Of a stretch of 64,000 nucleotides of DNA, positions 24,505 to 37,223 are shown piece by piece. Below the pieces are notes generated by a model that ran no database searches, was not told where the DNA came from, and worked only from the letters and a program-made list of their open reading frames with translations. Numbering within the stretch: position 1 is the stretch's first letter; every line of letters starts with the position of its first letter. Both the position numbers and the translations under genes were made by a program. The stretch covers positions 62,001 through 126,000 of the forward strand of contig JALDZX010000017.1 of assembly GCA_022813865.1 (NCBI GenBank). Reading direction: 5' to 3'. This DNA is from Xylographa opegraphella (Eukaryota).

Positions 24505-27500
24505 ATGCCTCGAGTGAGGCAGCATCGTGCTACATCGAGAGCACCAAGTGCTGCTCGGAGAATACTAACAAACAGGGATAAGCCAACATATAAAGTTGTG
24601 CTTGAAGAAGTCACCCAGAAGAAAAAAAAGTTGATAACTGTGGTTTGTCAAGCAGCTTTACTAGCCTGTGTCACTATTGCTTTACCTGACGACATGTGAA
24701 CTACAGGGATCATCCAAAATAAACCCTCCAGGAGGGTACACATTCATACCGGCAGGTGATCCACAAATTACCAATCGATGTAAAGATATTGCGAGAAAAG
24801 ATGGTGCTACTGTTTTTGCAGTCTCCGTAAGTCAGATTGTATGACATTCTTAGGCTTGAGCTGACTAAATAACGTCAAGACTACCAGACATAAACATAGT
24901 GATTTGTCGAAAGAAGTCCACCGTATTGGTTACCACTTCCCTAGCTCTACTGTAGATCGCGCTTGTCTGAGCTTAGGCGTCAGTCTATCTCGCGACGGTC
25001 GGGTTTTGCGACATCAGCATGATTGGATCGAGGACGCAGCGCGGTCCAGAGATCAGAATGGAACGAGGCTGAACCTGTCAGCTCATAACACTTCTAGCAC
25101 CAAGCTATCACAAGCTACAATTGATACCCAAGCTCGAGAAGCTATCAGAGACTTGTTCCCGAAGATACCCGACAAGGATCTTCGAGATATTGTGACCCAT
25201 GCTTTTGAATTGGTAAGTCAAATTGCATGCGAGATCCATGATACTAATTATGAATAGGGGAAGTCCCGGGTAGGGACTGCGCCAGAGCTGCCTCTTCCAA
25301 GGCGGGTTCAGCTCGCTGTCGTTGCCCATATTCGGCACACTTACACTGACTACGATAACCTGCTGAAGGAAGTTCCTTGGAATGCAGCGAGAGCGATGAT
25401 CGAGCAAGCATCCCTCAACAAATTAGCCCAATGGCGTGGTGATGACGATGACGAACCGGACGCTATGGAGGACATTCTGCGCGAGATTATTGTTATTCCG
25501 GACGATGACGAAGAAGATGCTAATGAAGCAGGCAATCGCATTGCCCAAGGTCACTACGACAATCCCCACGATAATGTAGAGATCATTACTACCCGACAGA
25601 TCGTGAATGATAAGGAAACACAATCAATCGACTATTTGCATTCCCCCAGAATGACTCACGGCGCCGAAAGTCCGAATACAGACGACGATCAAGAAGTAAT
25701 ATTTCTGGGCCATGGACAGTATGTTATCGACAGACCTGATCAAGCAAGAATCAAACGTAACAGAGATCATCGACATCGTGCCTGGGTAGAAGCTCGAGAC
25801 CGCTTTCGATATCCTGCAGCTCAACCACAGTCATCTATAATTCGACCACTAACTCAAGCAGTTAGTATTGCCAGTGGGCTTCGCGAAAGACGGGGATCAA
25901 ATGAGAACACCGAGAAGATTCCATTACAACAACACAGTGCAAATGATCAGAGAATTCTATACGAGCGCGAAGCACAGCCTCTTAGGAATCTATCCTTCGA
26001 CCATGCAACGCATCAGAGCATGGTAGATCATGAACAACTAGAAGTAGTTTATCCAGAACAGGTGAGTACCCCATTGTTGTTCCAAAGTGATCTAGAGATG
26101 ATAAAAGTCATGTGCCAGCTGCAACATGAGAGACGATTTACTGACTTCGATAGACACGTTTGTCTGCCCTCCCATCCAACACATTTGATTCTGTAGGAAG
26201 GCATGCGACAGATCGAGATATAGCTCGTAAGTATCAACATGTTCAGTGTGTCTCTAGTCAGCCCTCTGCCCCAATCAATCGCATCTATGCGGGAACCGAG
26301 ACAGTGGACCGTGTACAAACGCTCCGAATGAACCCACCTTTTCATGAGCTAGTTCGGCTGCCAAATCGCAGCAATCAACGTCCACCACAATCACCAACAT
26401 CCCGACGCGAGAATGTGTTACAATCTATAGAGCAACCATCCCATCCCATATCGCAAAATCAACAGGCCCTTCGACCACCCTCTGCATGTTCACCTGTGCA
26501 AATTCGTTATTTCAACACTTCTAAAACACAGAGAGGGCCAAATTCTTATCATGAGGATGAAAATATGAACGATGAGCAACAACTGTCAAAAAGAAGACGT
26601 ATCCACCAAGGTCATTATAATTTAAATGATCTGAATCCTCTACACAATGATCTGCAAAGATCGCTTTTGGTCCCGGTAGACCATACTCATGAGTATGAGT
26701 TTTGGGATGGGAAGCCTAATATGATCCAACGGATCAACTGTTTAGAGTCTTCTGTAAGGAACGAGCGTCCACAGGATGCTCGAGAACCCTACAGAATTAG
26801 TGAACTCGAACAGCGAGATGTCTCAGCTTACCAACCGATCCATCCTGAGCATGATTATCCAAGCGGGACAAAAGTCCCGCACCACGGTCAGATTCTTGTG
26901 ACCCAGAAACAACCATCCTCTCATATTTCCGTGAGATCGCCTGTTAAGCCTGTTGTCCAGAAAGCAGTTCCTGATTTTGATGAGCTTTTCCCTATTCAGA
27001 ATGTTTCATATCTCCCTCGCAGCTCACATATTTCCTTGCCGCGTCAAGATCTTCGTACTTCACACGCTATTGCATACGAATTAAATGATCCAACAGCTCA
27101 TGGTTCTCCACAATGGGACGAAAATCTACGAGTTCTACGACCAGTCTTCGATCAGACTTCTAAGGTAAACGGCTGTCAACCATCTCATAATGCTATTTCA
27201 CAAACGAAACCGCGAACCAGTGCCGAGCAATCCGGGATATATTTGGTTCGAGAATCACCTATGCAAATTCCGCTACGTAGATCGAGAAAGGCTTTACCTC
27301 TTGAGAGGTCGTTCGAACATCTTCGGCCTATTGAGAATCGTATCCCCAGAGGCGAGATGGACAGACCGGAAGGTTCACTTCAAGATAATGCTTTCGGTCA
27401 AGTTGTAACAATGAAATGCAACCGAGGATCACAAGTTGCATGGCCGGAAATACAGAAGCAGCAAGATTTAGCATTGGATAATTTACGCCACGGCGAGAAG

Positions 27501-27764
27501 CAGCAACTTTTCGATAAGTTTGTGGTTCAAGGAGATCGGTAGGTTTTCAATAGCAATCATCATTTGAGTATTGCTAAGCTCTCATGTAGTAGACACAGAA
27601 TATATCCATTGGATATTGAGCCGAGGCAGAACATGTACTCGGAGGGAAAATCGCAAGAGGCATCCGGAACTCGTCGACTAGCAGTGCCAATACCTTCGAT
27701 GAACAATTTGCAGCAACGAGTCCTCGACAAGCATAATGGAAGGGAAGTGATCGTTTTGGAATGA
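24505..27764 (+). CDS. DUF2293-domain protein with a long low-complexity C-terminus; about 6 exons
   Basis: PPGGYTFIPAGDPQITNRCK, HRIGYHFP, AIRDLFPKIP, RVQLAVVAHIRHTYTDYDNLL and WRGDDD. The 3' end at 27764 (REVIVLE*) assumes an intron at about 27539-27588. Confidence 0.8.
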
Positions 27765-29020
27765 CCCTTAACGTTACGGCTGTACTTCTTACATAGGTAT
27801 GAGTCTTCTGCGAAAGACGTCACGGCAAGACATTCATCACTACTTGTCGTTCTACGATGCGTTGGGCTTTATTCGTGTACAAAAATTCCTGTAAAGCACG
27901 ATGGTGTCTACGAACCGTTCTTGTGGTGCTTTACTATGAAGGGGACTTCAAACAATTCGTGCTTCATGTTGCTGGAGTTGCATTCTAGGTATGTTCGGGT
28001 TAGCGGCATTATGATGGCGCCTGAGCATGAATATTGTGTATATAGGTCTTGCTTTAGCAATTATCATCTCACTTTACTGTTTTCATACGAGTTCCTGAGG
28101 CCTTCGGGATAGCTACTAGCGCAGACCCAGGCCCAGGTTTAGGCACAAGCTGAAACTAAACATTTCTACATCTCTTGACCACACAGGGACGATCGTTTGT
28201 GACCCATTGCTTGGTCTTGCACTCGAATCAATGTTCGTAGGTCTACCGCGCTTCTGGTACTCCATTAGCACCGTTCATCATCTTAACATTGTTGAAAAAT
28301 GGCAATCGCCCTGTCTTGTGCAATTGCTAGTCTCGGACGACTGCATGGATCACAGGAAATCCACGAAAAGTGGAATCAACCAAATACCTTAGTCTCTCCG
28401 CAGCAGTCCGTAAGTCCGTGGTGTTGCGGTTCTCCTTGGATGCCAAGCATTGCGGTTAAGGCGTAAGCCAAACCGTTCGCGGGGAGGCAAGGCCACCTGC
28501 AGACTACCGAGACTACGTCAGTATAGACTGACACACGAGCACTACCAAGTCGACGACCATTTTTCCTGATCCACTGAGATACCACATTTGCCCACAGCCA
28601 GTCTTCTTGAAGTCTCCATAGCCATTCTGGTTTTGTCTCCTCCACTTCTTCTCTTTGTCGACGGGTAAACCTATCTCCCTACGTCGCAGGACTTTTGTGG
28701 ATACCTCCACCCCGCCTTTTGCTCGAGTTCAGAGACAACCCTACACTCCCTGAAACGATCAGAAAAACGTACATTAGTACACCTGTTATTCAAGTGGATA
28801 TCCTTCGCAGAGCTGACACCACCTGACGAACTGTGATCTGTGCCTGTCCGTATCCTCTTGCAGTGTATCGGATGCTCGTTTGCAGCAGTGTGGTTGATGG
28901 ATTACCCCTGGGTATCCATATGTCCGCGAGGGCTCTGAGAACGTTGCCTGGCTCGCCGCCGTTGGACTGTGCTCCGGCCCATTTTTCAATACGGGAAATA
29001 CGGAGAATACGGAGCTAGAC

Positions 29021-30702
29021 ATGTCACATATTAAACAACCAACGCTGAACCAAGATGACACCATAACCTCACATAACGAACCAACCATCATGGCCAGAAA
29101 CACATCTCTCACCCCGAGCTCAGAGCAGGCAAAGCACTGGGCCAAACGCTACAGGACAGCGATTGCTGCAAGTACAAGCACTCTTTTGGCTACAGCTGTC
29201 TCGGTATGTTCAAGCTACTTGACGTGACCCTCAACCTGAGTACACCACTTTTCAGCCAGTTCCGTGGAACTGACAAATATCTAGCATCCTATCGACACTG
29301 TCAAAATGCAGATGCAGATGTAAGTTGATTTCGCATCTCTTACAGTATGTTATAAAACCTAACTTGCAACAGAGGAGCCGGGAATCCGTTTGTTCGATCT
29401 GTTAGAGAGATGTACGCTGCTGGAGGCATAAGAATATTCTATAAAGGTTCGTGACTCAACCTGCGGAGAACATCGAGTACCGTGTGCTTCGCGGTAGGGC
29501 TGCGTTGCCTTACGTGGGCCGTTCGGTGTTGATCCCTGGTTCTCGAGACCTGCTCATCGAAGCCAAGCCTACGTTCTCGTCTGGATCTCACACCATCTTT
29601 TGTATTCCGGTACCGCTTTTATATATGAACATGCATATATGAATATATGTATATGGGAGATGCAAGACTAATTTTTGCGGTACTTGTCATACAGGATTCC
29701 TTGCACCACTGGCCACTTATACTATTGTCCGAACAGCAAACTTCGCGGTATACCAACGAGCGAAGTACGCTTTTTCCTCTGCAATCGGGACGGCCACAGG
29801 TAAAGAAGCACCTCTGGTGACGGTCAACCGACCTGGGAGCACCCCAACACCCGCCACAGTCCTGTGCTTTGGTGCCGCTGGTGCTCTGGCTGGTTGTTTG
29901 ACGACCTTTCTTGCGTGTAGGATCGACTCCTTAATATCCGTGGGTGGTGTGTTGACAAATTGACAGGTCCTTTCGAACTAATGAAGAACACTGCGCAAGT
30001 CGGGCACGAGATGGCGAAGAAAGACCCAACCAGGGCATTCAACACCGTGGGCCAGAAGTATGCGGGGAAAGGGACGATCAGGATCGCCAAGGAGATCGTC
30101 ACCCAGCATGGGCTTCTAGGCCTCTGGAAAGGAGTTCGCCTGCATATGGGTTCGGTTTGCCTTGCCACTGTTTTCTACAGTAGACAAAACACCGCTTGCT
30201 GATGACAATGAACCAGTACGCGATACTATCGGAACTTCGGTGTATTTCATGTCGTACGAAAGTCTCAAGCAGCTCATAGTCAAGTACGAAGGCTCATCGT
30301 CACCAACGTCACCTACGGCAGTGGCTATTGCGGGTGGAGCTTGTGGCATAATCAGCTGGCTCACGGTATGAACAGCAGCAGTCAACTAGGATGGTGCAAT
30401 TACTAATTTGATATGTAAGACCTACAATATCGACTACGTGAAGAACAACTATCAGCGTAACTGTCTCGAGACGGCCAAAGGCGAAAAGGTCATGATGCCG
30501 AGGATCAACTACTACGATCGCACCCAGCTTCGTGGTATGCCATTCTCTCTTGAACCAGTACTTCCTCTGGATCATGGCTAATAATGACAAAGGATTGAGC
30601 GTGACGCTTTTTCGCTCTTGTCTCACCAACGCCGTACTCTTTTCCTCGTTCGAATACGTGAAGAAGAGAATTAACAACCTCGACGACCCGATCACCGACT
30701 AA
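29021..30702 (+). CDS. Mitochondrial carrier family (SLC25) protein, YMC/carnitine-carrier-like; 8 exons
   Basis: Carrier signatures HPIDTVK and CPFELMK, plus GLWKG..HMVRDTIGTSVYFMSYESLKQ and RGLSVTLFRSC..FEYVKKRIN. Confidence 0.88.
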
Positions 30703-31285
30703 TCTCGCCACCTTACGACAATGCCATTCTTCCATTCTCTTCGGTGGTCATTTGGAAACTCATGCATAATGGCAAAGGCGTACAATTTTCACAATTTCTT
30801 GTTCCTTCAAACTTGCACTTCTTGTACATAGCCGGCTTCTCGGGGGGCAACATGCAATATGGCAATGTAATAGGCGACATGATGTTGCATTCAGACAAAC
30901 ATTCTCAGGTCCGACGATCTCTACGAACGACAGAAAACGACAAGGAGTTTTTCGGGCGAGGAAGCCATCTGATCGGCAAGAGGGGCTGAAAAACTCCGTG
31001 TTTTGCTTTTTTTTTCCCACGAGAATTTCGATAGAATAGGTCTTCATATTGGAGACAACGTTGTTGAGAATTTTGCATGGTACCTCTTACTCGAGGATTT
31101 CGGCATTTGTGAGACCATATCACGGTATCCCAATCACTGGTTCTAAACTCCGTGACAGAGGCACTCGACCACTCCACACACATGACATTGCCCTCACGCT
31201 TCTCCACTATCCGCTGCCCAATCGGCTTTCCCTACCATCCATCCTGTCGGCGCGAAGTTTGTCCAATCGTTTCTCAACCACCCGT

Positions 31286-32378
31286 CTACATAAAGTCATC
31301 CTCATCGAAACCGTCCTGATTATTAGCCCTACCTTCCCCATTCACGGCTTCCTCGCCATAGAGTTCCTCCCAGTCCCGCTCCTTCCGCGCCTTCTCCTCG
31401 CGCCGCTCTTTCGCCAGCCGAGCGTCCTCCTTCTTCCGTTTCTGCAGCTCCGCGTTTGTCGCTTTTCTCAGCTCGGCTAGATGGGCGTCTCGCTCGGCAA
31501 GGAGATGTTCGGAGGAAGCTGGTGGGGGTATCTCCGTACGGGTTTTTGTGAGGCGATTGATAATTGCGTTGATGCGGGTGGGAAGAAGAATGCGAATTGT
31601 CTAAGCGGAGAAGATGGTTAGGAGGAGTGAACATAACAGTGGGAAATGAGGCGAAGGATTACCTTTTTGGTGTCGTGGAAAGAGACTTGCCCGACGGCCA
31701 TGCTGCCATCCTTCTTGAGGTTTGACCAGGGTGTGTAGATGACCGTAACATTGTCGCGCTTGTTGCCTGTTCGTAGTGGGGCTTAGCTGGTATTCTGCGC
31801 AAGTCCATATAGTCCATGATAGCTCCTGAGGAGCAAATGAAGCTTAAGAACGGCGTCTTAAAATCATTGCCGTACCTTCAATCGAGTTTGCTTTCGTCAG
31901 CTGTGCGCAGTCCTCCACCAACGCGGCCGGGATGTCCTTCCATGACTGTCCAGGTGGAAGTCGTAGGTAGATGTGCGCGCTGGAGAGGTTGTCCACGTGA
32001 AACTACGATAATCTTTCCATCAGTCATGCTTCTCTACATACTTATTTCATTGCACATTGGAGTCTAAGTTTCTGTGGGCTTCGCTAGACTGGCGCTCTGC
32101 TGGGGGCAAGCATCGCGGGAAAACGTACCCTATCCGCTCAGATCAGTCACCTTGAGGTACATATCGGCAGAGCTAGCACTGATACCATACATCCTCTTCC
32201 CAGCCGTACTTGATCAGCTCTTCATCTGTATCGGCGCCATCATCAGCCAGGAAACTGGTGCCGCTAGGGTAGAATATGTATTGGAGTAGGTCGAGGTGAG
32301 CATACTTTCGAATTTATCTTTTCCGAGGTATAAAGTAAAGGGCGGGTCACTGACCGTGGAGGTAAAGTAGTAGACCAT
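31286..32378 (-). CDS. JLP2: CCDC25/Jlp2-like NFACT-R (DUF814) protein; 6 exons, one of them a single nucleotide
   Basis: [79 protein letters not shown]. Confidence 0.92.
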
Positions 32379-32530
32379 AGTTAACCAATTGGGTATTGCG
32401 TTGCACGGGGAGCCAAGGATTTCGGAGCTCGAGGTGAGATATTGGCAGAATGTCAGGGCGGTGAGTGAGCGATACCAAGGGCAAGAGACGCTAGCATCCC
32501 CCTGCATCCCCGAAGTCGGCTCTAAATTTG

Positions 32531-32536
32531 TGAGTC
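32531..32536. promoter_or_regulatory. Possible Gcn4/CpcA site (TGAGTC) in the JLP2-ILV6 divergent promoter
   Basis: TGASTC core about 115 bp upstream of the ILV6 ATG. ILV6 is a general-amino-acid-control target in yeast. A 6-mer could be chance. Confidence 0.3.
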
Positions 32537-32650
32537 GGAAAACATTAGAACAAAATCGCACATCGTAGCACCTCAAGCTTGATTGTAACCAAGCGATGAA
32601 GTTCCAGCAGCCTCAATAATCAATCAGTACTTCCGACAGCCTGGGCCACC

Positions 32651-33683
32651 ATGGCGGCCCGTCGTGCTCTCCTCCGTGTCCCCAAAAGCCTCACTTCTTC
32701 ACCTCATCACCCTCACGGCTTTCGTAGCCCTCAATTCCGCTCTCAACATAACAGCTCCTCCACCTCCGCCCTCGCCTACAAAGCGCTTCACCGACGTATC
32801 TCTCCCCTCCCCACCGCTGACTCGGCGTCGTCCTGGTCTGCCCCCGCTGCCGTCTCCTCCATTCTCTACGAAACGCCCCTCCCGTCCACTCTCCCCCCAA
32901 AACGACACATCCTTAATTGCCTCGTACAAAATGAGCCGGGCGTCCTCTCACGCGTCTCCGGTATCCTCGCTGCCCGTGGCTTCAACATTGACAGTCTTGT
33001 CGTCTGCAATACTGAGGTTGAAGACCTGTCACGCATGACGATCGTACTGTCAGGCCATGATGGCGTTGTTGAGCAAGCGCGCCGCCAGCTCGAAGACTTG
33101 GTTCCGGTGTGGGCAGTGCTGGACTATACAGCTGCGCCGCTAGTGCAGCGTGAGCTGCTCCTGGCGAAGGTATCGATCCTAGGGCCAGAATACTTTGAGG
33201 AGTTGCTGGCGCATCATAGGGAGATGACAGCGGCGGATGCGTCGAAATTCGAGGAGAGTGAAGAGGGATTCGAGGCCGAGAGGGCCATGAGGGAGGAAGG
33301 CGAGAGGGGGGATTTCCATCCGAGCAGGCTGGCCACGAGTCAGGCTTTGCGGCATAAGCACGAGCATCTAGAGGCAATCACGCATCTCACGCATCAATTT
33401 GGTGGGAAGGTGTTGGATATCAGTACGGACAATTGCATCGTGGAAGTGTAAGTTACATGGTTTGCTTCTGGTGCGGTACGCTGGCTGACTTCATCGGTGT
33501 CGCAGATCTGCAAAGCCTACGAGGATTGACTCGTTCATGAAGCTCATTTCTCCCTTCGGGATCATGGAATCTGCGCGAACTGGCCTGATGGCAATGCCAA
33601 GAAGTCCGCTGCATGGGTCAAGGGAGGAAATTGAGAAGGACGCCGGGGACGTCGTTGACGCAAGCTCTCTGCCCCCGGGATAG
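32651..33683 (+). CDS. ILV6: Acetolactate synthase small regulatory subunit, mitochondrial
   Basis: HILNCLVQNEPGVLSRVSGILAARGFNIDSLVV and RELLLAKVSILG; exon 2 SAKPTRID..ESARTGLMAMPR..LPPG*. Confidence 0.96.
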
Positions 33684-33992
33684 TTGCCCAGTTGGCTTTC
33701 GCGAGAATTTTTCCCTTGGCGCTATTGTACAGATCGTACCTGGCGTTCTTCATATGGCGGAGCTTCCTGCCGTTTCGAACTTTCTTAGGTGGTGATCAAC
33801 CTTGTTGGATTTTGGTCATCTGGAAAAAGTCGTTGATGTGATGACCGAAGTAGATTAATTAGGTCAAACTAAGAACTAAATATGTATACTATATACCACG
33901 TTACCCAATTATCATGATCCCGTTTTTGTTTACCATACTTTGCATTTACATAGATCCATGACTCCGATCATTGAGTATGTTAGTATAGCCCA

Positions 33993-36880
33993 CTATATCT
34001 TTATCCTCGCTCCAATCCCACCTCCAGTGAACCACACCCGCTCTTCCCACTCCCCCAGCCTAATTCCAACCGTCGCCTTTGCGTCCAACTTCAGCGTTCC
34101 CCCTAGAGCTTGCTTGACAGCTTGGTAGCCGACACTGTCAAGGCTCCAGTCTACAGGCAATCTGGGAGACGTAGTAGCACCTGGTGGCACTGCGAATGGA
34201 AGTTCGTATATGATCTCTCCCACGGGGTCGGTGTGGTTGTAATAGGCGGTGGCGTTGATGTGGGTGACAAAGATCGTCGAGTAGTGAAGTGGTGAGAGAA
34301 GCATAAATGTTGCGGTTGATGTGAAGAGATGCATCTAGGAGCGTGTAAGCATGTATAGGTACTCAACGTGCAAATGACCGCCTAGTAAGATGGCGGAACG
34401 CAGAGCCGTCAAGGTGAAAGAAGGTACCTACAGTAGCGTCGTCAATAAATCGTGGTGCCTTATCGTCCCGATCGTCCTCATCCCAGTCCGGATGATTGGG
34501 ATTCTTAGGTGGGTCGAGCTTGGGAGTAGGTATCTCGATCTCAATAGACGACAGTGCTTCTCCAAGGTTTGGGTGCATTGGAATTGTACCATTGTGGGTT
34601 CGAAGCGTTAGTGTCGTATTGTAGCCTGGGACCCCGTCAGCTTTCTCCGTTCGAGGCACAACATCTATAGCACTTACCAGAAATGTACTGCGATAGAAGT
34701 TCTCTCCCAACATCCAATCCTTTTTGGCCGCCCAAACGAGCAGGTTCCCAAGTCGCTATAACGAGAATATTATCATTTTGACCAGGAACAACCTTCACAT
34801 TTCGTGTTACAGCAAAACCCAAGATGGTCCCATTGCTCAACATATTGATGTTCACATATGGAACAGTCGCGGAATAATTTGTAGGATTGGTCATGTTGAC
34901 CTTCGCCTCTATAAGGAAGGTCGTTCTAGTCGTATCCAAAATTCTCAACTCCCCAACTTTGGGTGCAAAGCTGCTTATACCGTTTCCAGATAGAGCTGGA
35001 GGGCCCATCAGCACCATACGCCAGACATCCCGAAGAGCGACTAACGCTTTATTGGCACTTTTCCTTGCGCTGGTATCTCACGAATAATAAACTTCCCAAG
35101 TGTAGTCTCTGTCTCAACGTCGACCTTTGCCTTGACCCCAAGGACCACGTTTTTCCCGCCAAAGAGCAAGGCCTGCACAATTTCCGAAAATACATCATCA
35201 TCTGTAATGTTGAGCGGTGCTTTCTCAACAACAGATTCTACCATAAGTCCAGGCTGCCCATCACCATGAGCCTCGACTTGGGTGGAGTTAGCCTCCTGCC
35301 ATTTGTGTAGGTCCAGGAGACCAAGCTTTCGGTCGTGGTAGAAAACTTCCGCATCGGCCCGAACATGTGAGACACTAATGGGAAAATTCATCTCTTTCGG
35401 CAGATTCACAAGTGCTTTGACGGTGGCTGATATCTGCGGTTGCGCTTCAGGTGATCCAGGTTCCGCGAAAGGGTCCGGCAAGCTGAGATGCACGTTGGCC
35501 ATAGAAAAGTCACGCATGAGATTGTCGAATGGGTGGCCAGGGAATGGCAGTGGTACGATGACGCTCTTGATGAGCTCCGAGATCCAGCTTGGAGTGTCGC
35601 CTACCGGGCCTTCGGCACCGCGGACGAATATAGTACTATCAATCCCATGTATATAGTCCCCAAGAAGAACATCAAGAGGTGAAGTCTTCTTGTCTGGACA
35701 TACAGTAGTCAACGTGTCTGGTAATTGGCGTATAATTCCACTGACTGTGACGTTGAGGTCTTGATTCGGCGAGACTTGAATCTCTCCTGTTGTCGCATTT
35801 GCTAGAAGAATGAAGTCCCCCTCAGGCACACAGCCAGGAACTAAAATATCAAACCCTAGAGGTGGTACGGTGAACGTGACTGGATAATCATTATTCATAG
35901 TGATTGAGACATCGACGGCCATGCCTGTCTGTGAGTCTGGAAGGTTTACTTCATGGAAGTTGAGTCTGGTTATATTGTATTGTGGGATTGTAGGAATGTC
36001 TTTGGCTGTGAATTGAGAATGATTAGCCTTGCCGCACTCGACAGCCTCACACGACGACTCGACACCCTAGATCCTCACCTTTGAACTCCAGAGTTTCCGC
36101 AAATGTCTGCGTGCCTAAGCTGAATATGCCTGATTTAAGGACGACATCGGCTTTGCCCTGGACTCTAAGCTGATCGAGACGACCCTCAAGCCAATCATTT
36201 GCAATGTCTCGAATGCCATCTGCATCACCCGGTTCAAGATCGGCGGTAAAATCCACGTAAGTCGTATGCCCATCCCTGATATCAACAAGTAATGACGGGA
36301 CTAGGGCGGTTCCCAGCAGGATACCGTCGTATTCTGGCAGTGTCACCTTCACGTACGAAGGTCTGCTTTCTACAGCCCTTGCGATCCAGGTCCCTGCACG
36401 CCCAAGATCCCGGACGGGTTTCTTTTGAACTTTAGAAGCGTCCAGCTGAAAGTTTCCTCTTATTCGAGCTTTCACTCCGGATGTCGTGAAGGAATCGATA
36501 GACAAGTCTGTCGGCTCAAAAACAGCGGCTTCCTTTGCGTATTCCCGAACAACTGCTGGTGCAGCGAAACCCAGTCCCAAGATGACAAGGACAACAGCAC
36601 TAAGTATTGATAAGGCTACGATTGTTGGCCATGTTCTCTTTGGCTTCCCAGCATTAGGGCCTTCGTCTTGCAGAGACAGGAGTGATGATGCGGCTGGTGA
36701 AACGGGATCATGCTGGTTCTCCCTTCCATTTCTTGAGAGTAACGGAGTAGACTCGTCTGAATGGGCTGAAGTTCGTGAGCGTTGCGATTGCAAGGATGTC
36801 TTTGAGCGTTGAGCTCTGAGCCGCTCCTCGCTGTGATGCTCCGCGCCGCTCGGGAGGGGCGATGTGGGGTGGTCAGACAT
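33993..36880 (-). CDS. Tag1-like / DUF3712-type single-TM protein with repeated lumenal beta domains; 5 exons
   Basis: N-terminal ESTPLL dileucine sorting motif and a TM at WPTIVALSIL..GFAAP. Later motifs FEPTDLSIDSFT, LPFPGHPFD and a C-terminus GIGARIKI. Confidence 0.75.
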
Positions 36881-37223
36881 GGCCAAAGACAACGTAAATC
36901 TAAGGCTATATCATATCTAGCACCGGCATGTTGAACCAGACTGTCGACGGATACAGTCGAGGGTACGAATAATAATAGAGAGTGATGATGTGTATGAAGG
37001 GTTGCCTGCCATTCATTGTTGCAGCCTGCGGGCAAGGTTTCAGGACCAGCTGGGCGCTAAATTATGCACAACGCCGCCAAGACCTGTAAGTGCAGCTCCA
37101 TAATTGTGCTCCCGTTCTGAATGCAGCTTCCAGCTTGGTCAAGGTCACTGATTCGCCGCAACAACAATCACCCCAAGGTAAGTCACGATCCCGTTGAAGG
37201 TATACAAAGGCCAACAATGCTAG

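Noticed and set aside
29319..29371. Internal AG|TATGT in carrier intron 2 resembling a stwintron
   Set aside because: The internal intron would be only about 26 nt, too short to splice.
29447..29694. TPP riboswitch or H/ACA snoRNA as the identity of the structured intron
   Set aside because: No CTGAGA / GATAATACCAGCG TPP core, and no ANANNA box between the hairpins.
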